DNA of 63,390 bases, filler included, from Phoronis australis (Eukaryota; Animalia; Phoronida), in the NCBI GenBank assembly GCA_002633005.1. It is 5 parts of 5 records of this genome, joined end to end, with 100 filler letters (N's around TTAATTAATTAA, not from the genome) between each part and the next. Parts side by side here need not be neighbours in the genome. Positions count along the whole stretch, not along the records: positions 35,036 to 51,879 come from NMRA01000116.1; positions 51,980 to 58,759 come from NMRA01002112.1; positions 58,860 to 63,390 come from NMRA01002559.1; 2 more parts are not named here. One strand, 5' to 3'. A program made the position numbers and the translations under genes. The notes under the pieces are model-generated. The model searched no databases. It was not told where the DNA came from and worked only from the letters and a program-made list of their open reading frames with translations. The first letter of the stretch is position 1; every line of letters begins with the position of its first letter. Positions 51,132 to 63,390 of the stretch are shown one piece after another.

Positions 51132-53279
51132 CTGAAATATCGTGAAATAGCGAGAACTCAATCACATGATGTTGAGGAAATCCATCCACTGGCAGCAGCA
51201 TTATTGGTGCGGTTAACAACTCGCGAAGATTGTCGTTGTGAGGATGTTCAATTTAGCTAGCTTTTTACAATAGTAGAAGACATTTTTGCATTTCAAAACA
51301 AGTGTCGACTCCTCTGAAAGCTTTCTAGCTACTCTGTAATAAATAAAATAATCCTTCAATGCACGGATTTGCTATTAAACTTGAGAGCCAGGAAAGATAA
51401 CATAGTTCTCAGTTGTCATCTTAAGATGTTTCGACAGCTTTCTCGGAAAGTTAGTAGACAACTAAATTCGTTTTTATTCCTAGAAAAAGGCCTACATGAT
51501 TTTCCGTAGGACTGTTTCCTGAAAATAGTCAATAAGCACAAATTACTATGAACAGGGCTGTAATCTAAGGAATGTAATCTGCTTCATTACTAGAAAAACG
51601 TTCATATGATTTTCCGTAAGTCTATTTCCTAAAAATTAAAGCACAAACTACTACATATAGGGCTTTCATGGACGAAATGTTCGTATTTCATTGATGTTCA
51701 CAACTCATGAAACAAGTTAAAGGGTGTCAACAATGTTATTTCACGAAAACATGCAATCGCCTGAGCAACATCCTAATATACGTAGCAACAAAATTGTGAG
51801 GATGCGACTTGTTCACAAATTTACATAGTGTAGCATGACTCTGTTAATAGGAAAATTTAAAACTTTTTTATATCAAATGNNNNNNNNNNNNNNNNNNNNN
51901 NNNNNNNNNNNNNNNNNNNNNNNTTAATTAATTAANNNNNNNNNNNNNNNNNNNNNNNNNNNNNNNNNNNNNNNNNNNNCTGCCAACATCAATGGTTGAC
52001 AGGCAGCATTTTCACAAAAAGAATTCTTTGTATCACTCGTATATCTCACCTGTCTCTATCAGTGGGGAGTGCAAGTCCCGGTTTTTCTGCAGCGCAAAAA
52101 GCTCCTCTGGTCCTCTTTTTAGGGACTGCAGCCGGCATATCTTGTTTTGAAGTTACTTGACACAGCACTACCCTGAGAGGTATTAAGTATGGGAAATCTA
52201 TATGAACTACATGATCAGATAAAATATCTTGTCTCTGTGACCACTGACCACGAGTATCAGCCATATTTCTTTTTTCCCACACACACCCGCTAGACGTCTC
52301 TACGGTCCATGGAACAACAATGGCCGCCAATGGCCGTTCAATAGGATTTCGCTAGGTGAAACGTCTCCCTCTCTACGGTCTCTGATCGTACCCAGAGTCA
52401 TGGTGTGTGTTGATTATAACTCCGTGTTCCTGTATATATATATATGGTTCATTTGGTTTTATTTACTGTATGTTGAAATGAGTAACTTTTTGTGGGGACG
52501 TAGGCTACTATCGGGCCGCCTGCGGCGTCCAGGGCGATGTAATAATTGCCTAACACGATATGTGAGCGTCCGGAGAAACTATTATGCACCACCCCGCACG
52601 TCAATTACGGATACTAAAACTTTTGCGTGCATCTAGCCCTCAGTTTCTTTGACAAAAATAGTATAGTTAATACAGGAACGTAACCCTTTGTTTCTTTGCA
52701 TTAACTGTGTCACGAATGTTGTTGTTTTTAGTTGACATAAGCGTCAGGCTTGCGCGGATGTGATGAGAGCGGCCTCAGTCAGTGAGCCTGCGCAAAAGTT
52801 AACAGATTGGGGACTTCTTCATTGTTCTTGAGGTATTTGGGATGTTACTCGTTTGTTTTTGTCAATGATTGTAATGTAGTGAAGTATTGAAGCCGCAGAT
52901 AAAATTTCTGATGTAAATCACCACCAGATTGTCCTTATTTAGGTTGTTCAGGAGACTGAAGCAAGTCACATGTTCACGGACTTGGCGTCCATCGCACTAG
53001 ACTCCGGCGTAGTGTGGGGAGGACAACGTTTTTTCTGTTTATAAGTAAAATTAACTTACTCAAAGACCGGGGATATAGAAGTTCGAACGTTTCGAACTGT
53101 GCTATACTGTTACAGTTCTTTGTCAAGGACTGGGAGGGGGCGGCCCATATTATCCTAGGCAATGACCGTCGCCTCTGTTGGTCCAACAGTAGAATAAAAT
53201 TTGGCACCGGTAACACAATTATATTGTCTCATTTTATTTTCACTGCAGTAATTGCCTAATATAATTACTTTGTTCTCAG

Positions 53280-53770
53280 TGCCAGAGATGGAGACAGAAA
53301 AGATATCCGACACCAACCCACGTCCTTGTAATGGTGAGAGCAACACACCAGGGAAAGACAAGCTGAGGGTGTTTCCAAAAAACCAACAAAGACCCTCGAC
53401 TCTGCACTGCCCTCCTATTCTATCCGGTACGTGTGTACTATGTGTGAAATGTCTTTCACAAACACGAGTGCCTGTGTGAAGCACATGAAGGCTCATACTG
53501 GAAAGATGCCATACAAGTGTGCCATCTGTGCCAGGCTCTGAATATGCATCACAGAAGGAACTGTCCAAACACAAACGCCAGAAACAATGCACTGACAGGT
53601 CTTTCCAATGCACTGTGTGTCATAAAAATTTCGCACGAGATGGCAACTTGCGTAGGCACGTGGAAATGCATACCAGTGACAGTTCATACAAGTGTTCCAT
53701 TTGTGAAGAGTCGTTTATTCAACACAGTGAACTTTCTTTTCATATGAAAAAACATAGCAAGAAAAAGGTA
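53280..53770 (+). pseudogene. C2H2 zinc-finger exon (4 fingers) with two frameshifts
   Basis: HMKAHTGKMPYKCAIC, FQCTVCHKNFARDGNLRRHVEMH and YKCSICEESFIQHSELSFHMKKH; the fingers fall in different frames; TCTCAG acceptor ending at 53279. Confidence 0.75.
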
Positions 53771-53772
53771 TA

Positions 53773-55797
53773 CCGTAATCGTTCGGGTTAACGCCCATGC
53801 TCAGTTAACCGCCCACCCCCTACTTTAGGTGGATTTTCGATTGAACCGCCCACTGCTCGGTTAAGCGCCCCCCTGTGATTTTTGAAGATTTCCAGTTAAG
53901 GCCCACCTCTCGGTTAAGCGCCCATCCCCGACTTTTAAAGAATGAAGATTTAGCGCCCAGTGCTAAGGATACGTGCGATTTCCCGACTTTTAGAAAAAGA
54001 TGGATGATCACTAAGAGCGCAACGACGCTGGGCTTCCGAAACGGTGGTTTAGCAATGTGAATTACAATTCAAGTAACGAGTTATTGTCTCGGGTCATGGA
54101 CTCACTTTAAAATGTAATACTTGAACGTTTTTGTCACTTTATTTTCTTCCCATGTTTGCAAAGTTTAAGAACGCCACCGGCGTCAAAACCTCCGCTTTCA
54201 GCGACTTTGTCTGCCGCGCCGAGTTTCCATCTGTAGTGCACTAGATAAAACATATATTCGAAAAAATCAGGCCAGAGAAATGTGACCATGGTTTTGCCAA
54301 CCCTCCAAATTCTATTAANNNNNNNNNNNNNNNNNNNNNNNNNNNNNNNNNNNNNNNNNNNNNNNNNNNNNNNNNNNNNNNNNNNNNNNNNNNNNNNNNN
54401 NNNNNNNNNNNNNNNNNNNNNNNNNNNNNNNNNNNNNNNNNNNNNNNNNNNNNNNNNNNNNNNNNNNNNNNNNNNNNNNNNNNNNNNNNNNNNNNNNNNN
54501 NNNNNNNNNNNNNNNNNNNNNNNNNNNNNNNNNNNNNNNNNNNNNNNNNNNNNNNNNNNNNNNNNNNNNNNNNNNNNNNNNNNNNNNNNNNNNNNNNNNN
54601 NNNNNNNNNNNNNNNNNNNNNNNNNNNNNNNNNNNNNNNNNNNNNNNNNNNNNNNNNNNNNNNNNNNNNNNNNNNNNNNNNNNNNNNNNNNNNNNNNNNN
54701 NNNNNNNNNNNNNNNNNNNNNNNNNNNNNNNNNNNNNNNNNNNNNNNNNNNNNNNNNNNNNNNNNNNNNNNNNNNNNNNNNNNNNNNNNNNNNNNNNNNN
54801 NNNNNNNNNNNNNNNNNNNNNNNNNNNNNNNNNNNNNNNNNNNNNNNNNNNNNNNNNNNNNNNNNNNNNNNNNNNNNNNNNNNNNNNNNNNNNNNNNNNN
54901 NNNNNNNNNNNNNNNNNNNNNNNNNNNNNNNNNNNNNNNNNNNNNNNNNNNNNNNNNNNNNNNNNNNNNNNNNNNNNNNNNNNNNNNNNNNNNNNNNNNN
55001 NNNNNNNNNNNNNNNNNNNNNNNNNNNNNNNNNNNNNNNNNNNNNNNNNNNNNNNNNNNNNNNNNNNNNNNNNNNNNNNNNNNNNNNNNNNNNNNNNNNN
55101 NNNNNNNNNNNNNNNNNNNNNNNNNNNNNNNNNNNNNNNNNNNNNNNNNNNNNNNNNNNNNNNNNNNNNNNNNNNNNNNNNNNNNNNNNNNNNNNNNNNN
55201 NNNNNNNNNNNNNNNNNNNNNNNNNNNNTAATTTTAAAACTGCTCTCTGACTATGAATTTGGCAGCTAGTACGAGACTGTAACCATAAATTTGATGTCTG
55301 CTAAGACCTCTGCAACAAGTGAAGCTTGCACGCGCGCACTTTAGCAAGGTCACGTGTTGAAATATTTGCAATCCAAGTAGAGGCTGCGTCGTCTGCGCTT
55401 CGCAGGGCAAAGTAACAAGACCGCAGGACGGCACGGGGCTATTACTCAGCAATTCTGTAAATTTAATAGAGTGACTAACTAATCTGAGGGCAAGAGAACC
55501 TTTGTTGGGATCATCCGCTGTTATGACATTTTCCCCGTCATGTGGCGACGTGACGATAACGCTCTTTGAAAAGTGCTACGCGTTCCGAGTGCGTGTGTGG
55601 TGTGGGGACAGATCACCAGGTAAGATTAACCGCCCAGGGCGGTTGCCTGTCGTAATAAGCGCCCATGTTCGGTTAATCGCCCCCCCTGGATTTCTTGAAA
55701 TTTCACGTTTAAGCGCCCATGTCTGGTTAACCGCCCACCCCCGATTTTTTGGGTTTGCCAATTTAACCGCCCAGGGCGTTAACCCGAACGATTACGG
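53773..55797. mobile_element. Tc1/mariner-pogo-type non-autonomous element with subterminal repeats (interior partly gap)
   Basis: Perfect 24-bp TIR CCGTAATCGTTCGGGTTAACGCCC, TA TSD (53771-53772, 55798-55799), multiple TTAA(C/G)CGCCC subterminal motifs at both ends. Confidence 0.85.
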
Positions 55798-57714
55798 TAT
55801 AACTGTTCAGTTTGTAGCAAACTTTTGTTTGACAATATCTTCAAACATGCAACTGTGGCTGTGAATAAGCAGCATTGCAAAGCTAATTTTGGTGGTCACT
55901 GACCACTGAGTTGAAACTAATAGGATTCTTGAATAGGAAATGAGTGATAACTAAAATCAAGGTATTTCTGAAGGTTTAGTTGGCTTTCATGGCATACTGT
56001 GTTTGAATCTTGTTTAGTTTAAATTGAATATTTTTGTAATAAATCAATCATGTCACAAGGCCAACATATCTATCGTCAGATTTGTTTTGTGGTATCGTCA
56101 GACCTTTCGTTTTGCGACGTCTTTGTTGTTCTCCAGCTTATAACTTTTCCCAACGGACCCAGAGTTCCAGAATCTTCCGAAAATATCTTGTCCTTCATAT
56201 TTTATAGTAAAAACCAGGCGTTTTACCCAATGTGAATCTTACTGCCGAAAGGAAGGATGGACATTCGATGGAAAGGATGTACACAAAAATGTTAAAGAAT
56301 GTCGTGAAATGGAAAAACGGAGTTGTAACTATGGTGTGGAGTATCTATGACCAAAGTAGCACCCTTTTAACTTGCAGTGTACACCAACGATGTCGACGTA
56401 GAGTGAGGGTTGAACCGTACATTTGCAGGAGGTGAATTTGTATTTACATAAAATTTGATGTTCCAGTTTATCGAGCAGGCGGACCTCTTTAGCAATGTGA
56501 CGGCAGAATGAGTATTTTAATCTTATCTCCCTGTTTGACACACGCACTTGGTGACGCAATCTGAGATCGCAAAATTAAGAAATGACCGTCTCCTGTTATA
56601 ACCATGCCCTTCCTGTTTCTCGACACTCCATTGTCGTGGTCCTGTCTTCCCACCAGCAGTCGATAAGGCCTGGGCAAGTTATTTGAAGGAAAACTAAAAC
56701 AAAACACATACTAAATTTCAATTCGTCAATCCTTAAATAACAACTTGCTCACCTGTCATTCGCGTATCGTTTACAGCATGACCAGCTAATATATAGCTGC
56801 CATTTTGACTGGAGTCGTTACGATATTAGATACTTTGCTACCGGCCACTGATAATTCAGTCCTCTGATTGGCTAGACCACAATACGTTTTCCATTGTGAT
56901 GTGATGTTGCCAGACCAGGTGACATTACTTTTCATCTCAAAGGCAGAGGACAAATTTGTCGTGAAACGTGGACGTGAAAACAAAACGAGTAGACGAAGGT
57001 CGCCAAGTCCCTTAGCGGACTTTAGGTGCTATTTGGGGTATGCGGGCATAATAAAAGCAATGAAACTTGTGAGACTGGAAGTTTTTGCCGTTTGTTTGTA
57101 AAACTACGTGGCGTGAAATCTGTGCATTTGTTGTCGGTAATGCCGCATTCCTTCACAAGTTGTCGACTTTGCGCTATTTGGAACAGACAAATTTCCAAAT
57201 AATATCTTCCCGTAGAGTCCACAGTTCGTCGTAATCTTTAACCCAGAAAGACATGTCCTTGGTGCTGGCCACCTGATCGAGCTCATCCTTGCTGACATCA
57301 TCGCCGACTCCTGTGAAGAAAAGAAGACTCAACTGATGTAAGCAGTGTACTACAGTAATAATACATCACATCATTCCTGTACATGCACTAGTTATTGTTT
57401 ACAAAGAGACAAACATTATTATGATATTTAAACATAGGCTAATAAGAGACATTTGACCACTTCTAATTTAGACTCTTAACAGCCGATTTCATAAAGTGGT
57501 TTAACGAAACCAGGTTTTTAGACTTAAAGTCATATGATCCGTTTGTAGACGTTTTAAAAACATCGTGAATCTGCATAAAAACCATTGAAACATACTCAGC
57601 ACAAGTTGAAAGTTAATAACTTTTTGAACTCCATGTCACACCAAAAAACCGGCTTAAACGGCGTTAAGAGGTTTCTTTCTTCTATAACTCGGACCATAGG
57701 CCTTTAAACCTGGT

Positions 57715-58611
57715 TGTTAAGTTGATGCCGTGTATCATTGCTGTTATTGGTTCTTGTGTTTCATTTACTTATCACGCTGTTTATTTTTGTTATAGGTCGC
57801 AGTATACATCTTTCGCCGCGGTGATTTGGTTTCTTTGAGTATGCCAGTTCTTTCCAGTGGCTACAATAGCATTTGCATAGTCTAATAGTAGCATGACCGG
57901 CCGGCTGTCATTAGCCTCTGTATGTTACGCGGGTTTTGGTGACTAGCGTTTCTCGTGTATAGCGGCACTCGTTGACAAGATCTGTAACACGAGTCCTGTG
58001 TTTTCCACGGATGCTGTAGTTTTTAGATTAAGCACAGACTGTCCGGTCGGCCAAACTGTTGTAAGTACTGAGTATTATGGCATAGCGTGTTGTACTCGTG
58101 TGTATCTACTAGCTGAGTTTAGAGCGTATATAGTTGTTGTTTAACGTATAGTTTCATTCGAGCTGCTTGTTTAGCGTATAAATGAAGTTGCGCGGAACCC
58201 GGTTCACAGGATAAATAGTTACGGGTCGCAGTTAGGCGTTGCTTGTGTATGATGATGGTTCCCAGTTGTAGAAAAGATAGTACGGGTTCCAGTTAATTGT
58301 GTATTGTTAGCGAGGTAGTATTTGTTCGTCCTCAGCTGTAACATAGTCATTGTCGCGAGTCTTTCTAAAGCTCTGATATATAGAGCTTGTTAATTAATTA
58401 CGCTTGCTTGTCGAGTACTCAGACTGTGTGTTTTTCTTTATTGCAGATAACCTCTTGTTCGGTTTCGCCTTTTCAATGCTTGTTCGGTTTCAACTTTCAA
58501 CTAACGCTTGTTCGGACACTTTTTTCATCGCCTGTAACTATATCGCTTGCCAATGCCGAACTGAATAAAGTTATATTTTAAAACTTATTCTTGTAGCCAG
58601 ACGCGGGTACA
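57715..58611 (+). mobile_element. Solo LTR of about 0.9 kb inserted in a MITE-like repeat
   Basis: TG...CA termini, 5-bp TSD CTGGT (57710-57714, 58612-58616), AATAAA at 58564-58569. Confidence 0.7.
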
Positions 58612-59942
58612 CTGGTCTAATATTAGACCTAACTTGCATTTCACCAACGTGGTTTAAAAGTCTGAAAGCCTGGTTTTGTTAGACCAGGGAGAGGGTCTAG
58701 AAAAACCAGGTTTAACACCCTACGGTGTCGATCTGGATTAACCCAACAAAGAAACTATTNNNNNNNNNNNNNNNNNNNNNNNNNNNNNNNNNNNNNNNNN
58801 NNNTTAATTAATTAANNNNNNNNNNNNNNNNNNNNNNNNNNNNNNNNNNNNNNNNNNNNGTGATTTTCCACAATCCATTACACAGACGATTTCAGATGCT
58901 ATTCATAAAAAGGTCAACAGATGGCATCTAGATGTGTGATTTCATTCAGTTGTGGGCACCTTTCAAAACACGGTAGCAAAGCTGATGAAAGCACAGTGCA
59001 GTTCTGCGGTCATTATTTCTTTCCGTCATTTTGGTCATTGCCAAGGCCTGTAGAGTAAAGGCTTCTTTCCACTCACTTAAACTCATTACTAGTGGCCCAT
59101 AGATATCAATAGTAACGTAAACTTGTGGTATGTCCATTGGCTGCAGTACTAAACCAACTGGTTATACTGAAGCCAGCATCAGTGGAGTGAGTGCCAGTTG
59201 GCACTACGATTTTATGTATGTGTGATTTTTAAACTATGAAGGGTAGAGTACATATTCAGAAAATGACTGAAATGAAATTCTTATACAAGTAAAATGGCAA
59301 ATATTTGAACAAAATAGTAGCAAAACTTTTACACAACTCATGCCGTTGTTGACAGCGACATCTAGCGTTGTTGACAGCGATATCTACTAAAGATAACATT
59401 CCCACTGTAACGATGCCCTAACACTGCAACACTGCTTACTTGGAAGAAAACTTGGGTCTTAAACTACAATCCAAGACCCAATTCAAGAGCTCCCACTGAC
59501 TGATGTCTCCTAAACACCGAAATGTCACCGTTAATGGGAAAGGTCCTTAAAAACAGAAGGTCGTAATATGAATAATTTTTAAAAGCTTGGGAGAACACTT
59601 CCATATTGCAACTAAATACCTAAAGTCATTTAATACATGAGCTGCAGAGTCAATAGACAAAAGCTTTGACAATCGCCTTCCTTATAATTACAGCCATTAA
59701 TAGCAGGCCATCTTCCATTGAACATACAGAATAGAGAATCCTTGAGGCGAAACCAGATGGAACTTTACCTCCATGTTTTACAACAATAACCTAAGAGCAA
59801 ATCTGTGTACTGTGAACTTGATCATAATCACATGGCCTATCACTAATTGTGTTGGACTGTCTCTCATTGTTAACATCTGAATGTTATTCTATGATTCAAT
59901 AGTTTACTTTGTGCCAAGTGTAACTGAGCCGATGTCACTTGA

Positions 59943-61272
59943 AGGCGAAAGCAACCTTTTTTCATGTCATTTTTAGCAAAAATAAGGTTCGTTGATTATC
60001 CCAAACATATTTTTCACTTATTTACTGCTTTTCGTAATTTAATTAATTACTCGTTGTCTACTCCGGAAGTGACGTTTTGGGAGGCATCAATTTCGCGCCA
60101 GTTTCTTTTCATATAGTCTGACTGTGAGAGCAGTCGAGTTGGTCATTGTTCTACCTCGGTTGTGATAAGTTCGGTCGTCGTTTGCTTTTGCTTACGAGTC
60201 AGTCAACATGCCACGCTGTTGCTGCGTACTGGGGTGTACTCATTATCGTCTCACGTACAGAGGAAGAACTGTCCCACTTGCCCGAGTGTCCCGTGACACA
60301 TTCCCACTGGAGGGTGATCTGAGCACCCAAACTGCTTACATCCCGCCGTGTGACCCCCTCGCCACACACCTGGCACCTTCCAAATAGCTCCAATACAAGT
60401 CCACCATAAACTTATCAAACTTAGGCTCACCGATCTGTTCATTGGATGACGAACTGTCCTCTTCACTGGGTGTCGAACTGGGCCTGTATTCACTCTCACT
60501 ACTCAACATCACTGCAGGGCTGCTTACAGGCTCTGGGGCTAGAGACAACAGCACAGGGTGAATCACTGCTAGTTCCTGGAATTGCACGCAATGGGGTACG
60601 TTTGGAGGCACGGGTGACAGTAGATGAAGTGCCTCCAGTCTGTATATAGTGGCCACAGCTCGCGAGGCTTCTCGCTTAAAAAACACACTTCTCGGGGTTG
60701 GCGACGGGGCACTGCCGGGAATCAACAGTGACGGTATGGTACCCTTCTTCAGGCGTTGTTTCGCAGGGACCTTCATCAATTCAGCGTACATATCTGTCAT
60801 AATCTGACGGCAGAAAATGCTTGCCACACACTTGGTAACCCTCCATTGCTTTGTACGTTGCCAGGACGGATAGCGCTGCGTTCTTCACATGAACGAGCTA
60901 GCCAAGTACGGCGAAGTGTGTCATCCTTCGGAAAGCGACGCAAGGTACTCAAAGCGTATGTGAGACGATAATGAGTACATCCCGGCACGCAGCAACAGCG
61001 TGGCATGTTTACTGACTAGTAAACAAAAGCAAACGACGACCGAACTTATCACAAACGAGGTAGAACAATGATTGACTCAACAGCTCTCACGGTCAGACTA
61101 TAATGAAAAGAAATTGACGCGAAACTCTTGCCTCCCAAAACGTCACTTCCGGAGTAGAGGACGAGAAATTAATCAAATTACGAAAAGCTGTAATTAAGTG
61201 AAAAATGTGTCTGGGATAATCAACGAACCTTATTTTTGCTAAAAGTGACATGAAAAAAGGTTGCCTTTGCCT
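59943..61272 (-). mobile_element. Non-autonomous Kolobok-type element (two left ends) with a THAP remnant
   Basis: Termini AGGCGAAAGCAACC...GGTTGCCTTTGCCT, degenerate TTAA flanks (TTGA/TTAC), THAP ORF 60797-61006(-) MPRCCCVPGC...FPKDDTLRRTW. Confidence 0.88.
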
Positions 61273-61306
61273 TTACAAACATTCAAGTTTACACATCTCT
61301 TTTCAG

Positions 61307-61550
61307 TTCTGGACACGGATGACTATCTTTCTTCTAGTAACCAGTCCAGCCAGTTCTAACAGTGATAATGATAGGCTTCGCAACGAAGTAGATACATCAT
61401 GTACGTCTGGGATGAAGTGCAGCTGTTTTCAAGGCCCGCCCGGTGCACCGGGTATCCCCGGGATACCAGGAGTATATGGTGAGAGAGGGACAGATGGCAA
61501 AGATGGCCTACAAGGGGCCAAAGGAGAAACAGGACCAACAGGTCCAAGAG
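61307..61550 (+). CDS. Collagen + C1q domain protein (C1q/TNF-related-like), signal/N-terminal/collagen exon
   Basis: TTTCAG acceptor; hydrophobic MTIFLLVTSPASS, CSC motif, then Gly-X-Y repeats; G|GTGAGC donor, phase 1. Confidence 0.88.
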
Positions 61551-62921
61551 GTGAGCATGGGTGATAAAAGAGAAGTATATCTACAAGAACTGAGCACCAA
61601 TCAAGGATCATGAAAAGGATATCAATACAGCTGCATTAAATAGCCATTTTTTGATATAGCGCAACACAGTGAAATACAAATTGTTGCTAGGTGATAGGGT
61701 AGTTAGAGGACAGCATTCTGTAAATTTGTGTAGACTTAATGTAGAGGGATATTTTGCAGCATTTTTGTAAATTCTTTGTGACCATTGTGCTGTCAAATTG
61801 CTAAATGTTGTGAGGCAGGATTTTTAAGCAATTCACATAAAAAGTCCAACGTCCAAAGAATATCCATGAATAAAAGAAATTGTGTTTCGGCCCAGTCAAC
61901 TCAGCTAGTCTTGCAATCCAGGATTAAGACATTGGGTCATGCGAACGATGCTTCTGTCCCCTCACAATGATAAAGAGGTGTACGTAGAATATCACCTAAT
62001 CCTGCATTACGTCAATGCAAGAGTGACCAAGATGAAAAACCTGTGGACACTGTCTCAATCGGTGCCAGTGAAGTGGACTTGATGTTATGATGGAAACGAG
62101 TTTGGTCGTCTGCTGCAGAAAGCCGACACTTTTCCTTCGACAATGTACGAGCCTAATCATGTCAATTAGAGGACGTGCAAATTATGCCACTTAGACTCTG
62201 ACTAAACCCGAGAAATGTGATCATTATCTATTGATTATTTTGAAATGGAAAAACTCAAAGTAATTGGATATCTACCAAAACTACATGCAGGTTCTAACCC
62301 CAGAATACCTAATATAGCCTATTGATAAATTTTATCTTAAAATACATCTGAACACGTTATGACATGTTCAGACAGACAAACAAGTATTTTATTCACTTTT
62401 CCTCATAAATAGCAGATAATTTCTGTTATGTGAAGAAAAGTACATCTCCCCTTTTATTTTAAACAGAGGAGAATATGGCACTACAGGGGAGATGGTTATT
62501 TCAATTCCCGTCCATTCCCCTAGCTTGAATGAGTTACCAGTCTCTATGTTATAATTAAATCAGTTTTTGGCCACAGTAAGATTAAAAACCGGACGATCGC
62601 CGCACAAATAAAAAGTTCATGTTCAATCAACGGTTCGTCTATTCATTAGACATCATCAGGATAATTATTTACAAAGGACAGCAAGTGCCAACATACAGTT
62701 CAGGTAGCATCCATAAAGTGAAGTGAGAGATACAGGGCATATAGTCAGTAGCTGGTCATCACCATAGTTGCAGGGTCACTGAGCTCTGCATGTTATTCAT
62801 AGAATCACAAGCATGTTATAAGTATACACGCTTCATTAATAACATTGACATTTCTGTTAGAAATATCAGCTATTTTTTCAGTCTGTTGTACTAAACTGGC
62901 GACACAATTAATTTTTAACAG

Positions 62922-63390
62922 GTCCTCCAGGAAGTACAGGGCGAGATGGTCGTGACGGGTCACGGGGAAAGAGAGGTATACCTGGCAGACCAGGAGAGCC
63001 TGGGATACCAGGCAAACCTGGCAGGAATGGTAAAGATGGGGACAGAGGCCAGAAAGGAAACTCCGTCATTCGTAACCCCAAAGTTGCCTTCTCTGTGGCG
63101 AGACGGGTAAAACTTGGACCCGTGGTCACTCACACGGCAATCACATATGACACGGTGTTTTTGAACGACGGTGACATGTTCGATGTCTACACATCCCATT
63201 TTGTTTGCAAACTGAACGGAACATACGTATTCATAGCTCACATTCTAGGACAAGAGAATAATGACGCGTACGCCTGGATTATGCTGAATGACAAGCATCA
63301 CGTGCCCATGCATGGCGACGGCCGTGCGGGCTATGGCTCAGGAAGTAACACAATCATCTTAAAACTCAAGGTGGATGATCACGTGTGGAT
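62922..63390 (+). CDS. Collagen + C1q domain protein, collagen/gC1q exon (runs off the window)
   Basis: AACAG acceptor, phase 1; Gly-X-Y repeats, then KVAFSVAR...ITYDTVFLNDGDMFDVYTSHFVCKLNGTYVF...SGSNTIILKLKVDDHVW, the gC1q signature. Confidence 0.93.

Noticed and set aside
52046-52330. ORF with GAFCAA...LPTDRDR as a THAP gene
   Set aside because: Only a faint resemblance to a THAP start; too short and degenerate to call.
54282-55250. 322-aa ORF in the track
   Set aside because: Almost entirely N gap.

Overview
AT-rich, intron-containing animal (invertebrate-like) genomic DNA from a scaffolded assembly; four 100-nt gaps carry an artificial TTAATTAATTAA spacer. Host genes read by splicing exons by eye: (1) an Arf-family small GTPase (+, 5 exons at 4809-11241, last exon not found) with Arg in place of the catalytic switch-II Gln; (2) the 3' end of an astacin + 2xShK gene with degenerate motifs (-, 35862-36972); (3) a tandem pair of unrecognised small genes (-, 43004-45718 and 50852-51131), where copy A reads signal peptide / acidic pro-piece / REKR furin site / cationic amphipathic product of about 90-107 aa, the best candidate here for an undescribed antimicrobial or toxin family; (4) a frameshifted C2H2 zinc-finger exon; (5) a collagen + C1q gene running off the right end. 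Much of the rest is transposon sequence: a deleted CsRn1-like Gypsy in the Arf intron, a 5.9-kb hAT carrying nested Helentron-type and Kolobok insertions, three Kolobok derivatives (THAP, KolX), pogo relics, LINE fragments, a solo LTR and MITEs. All calls come from manual reading; no database searches were run.
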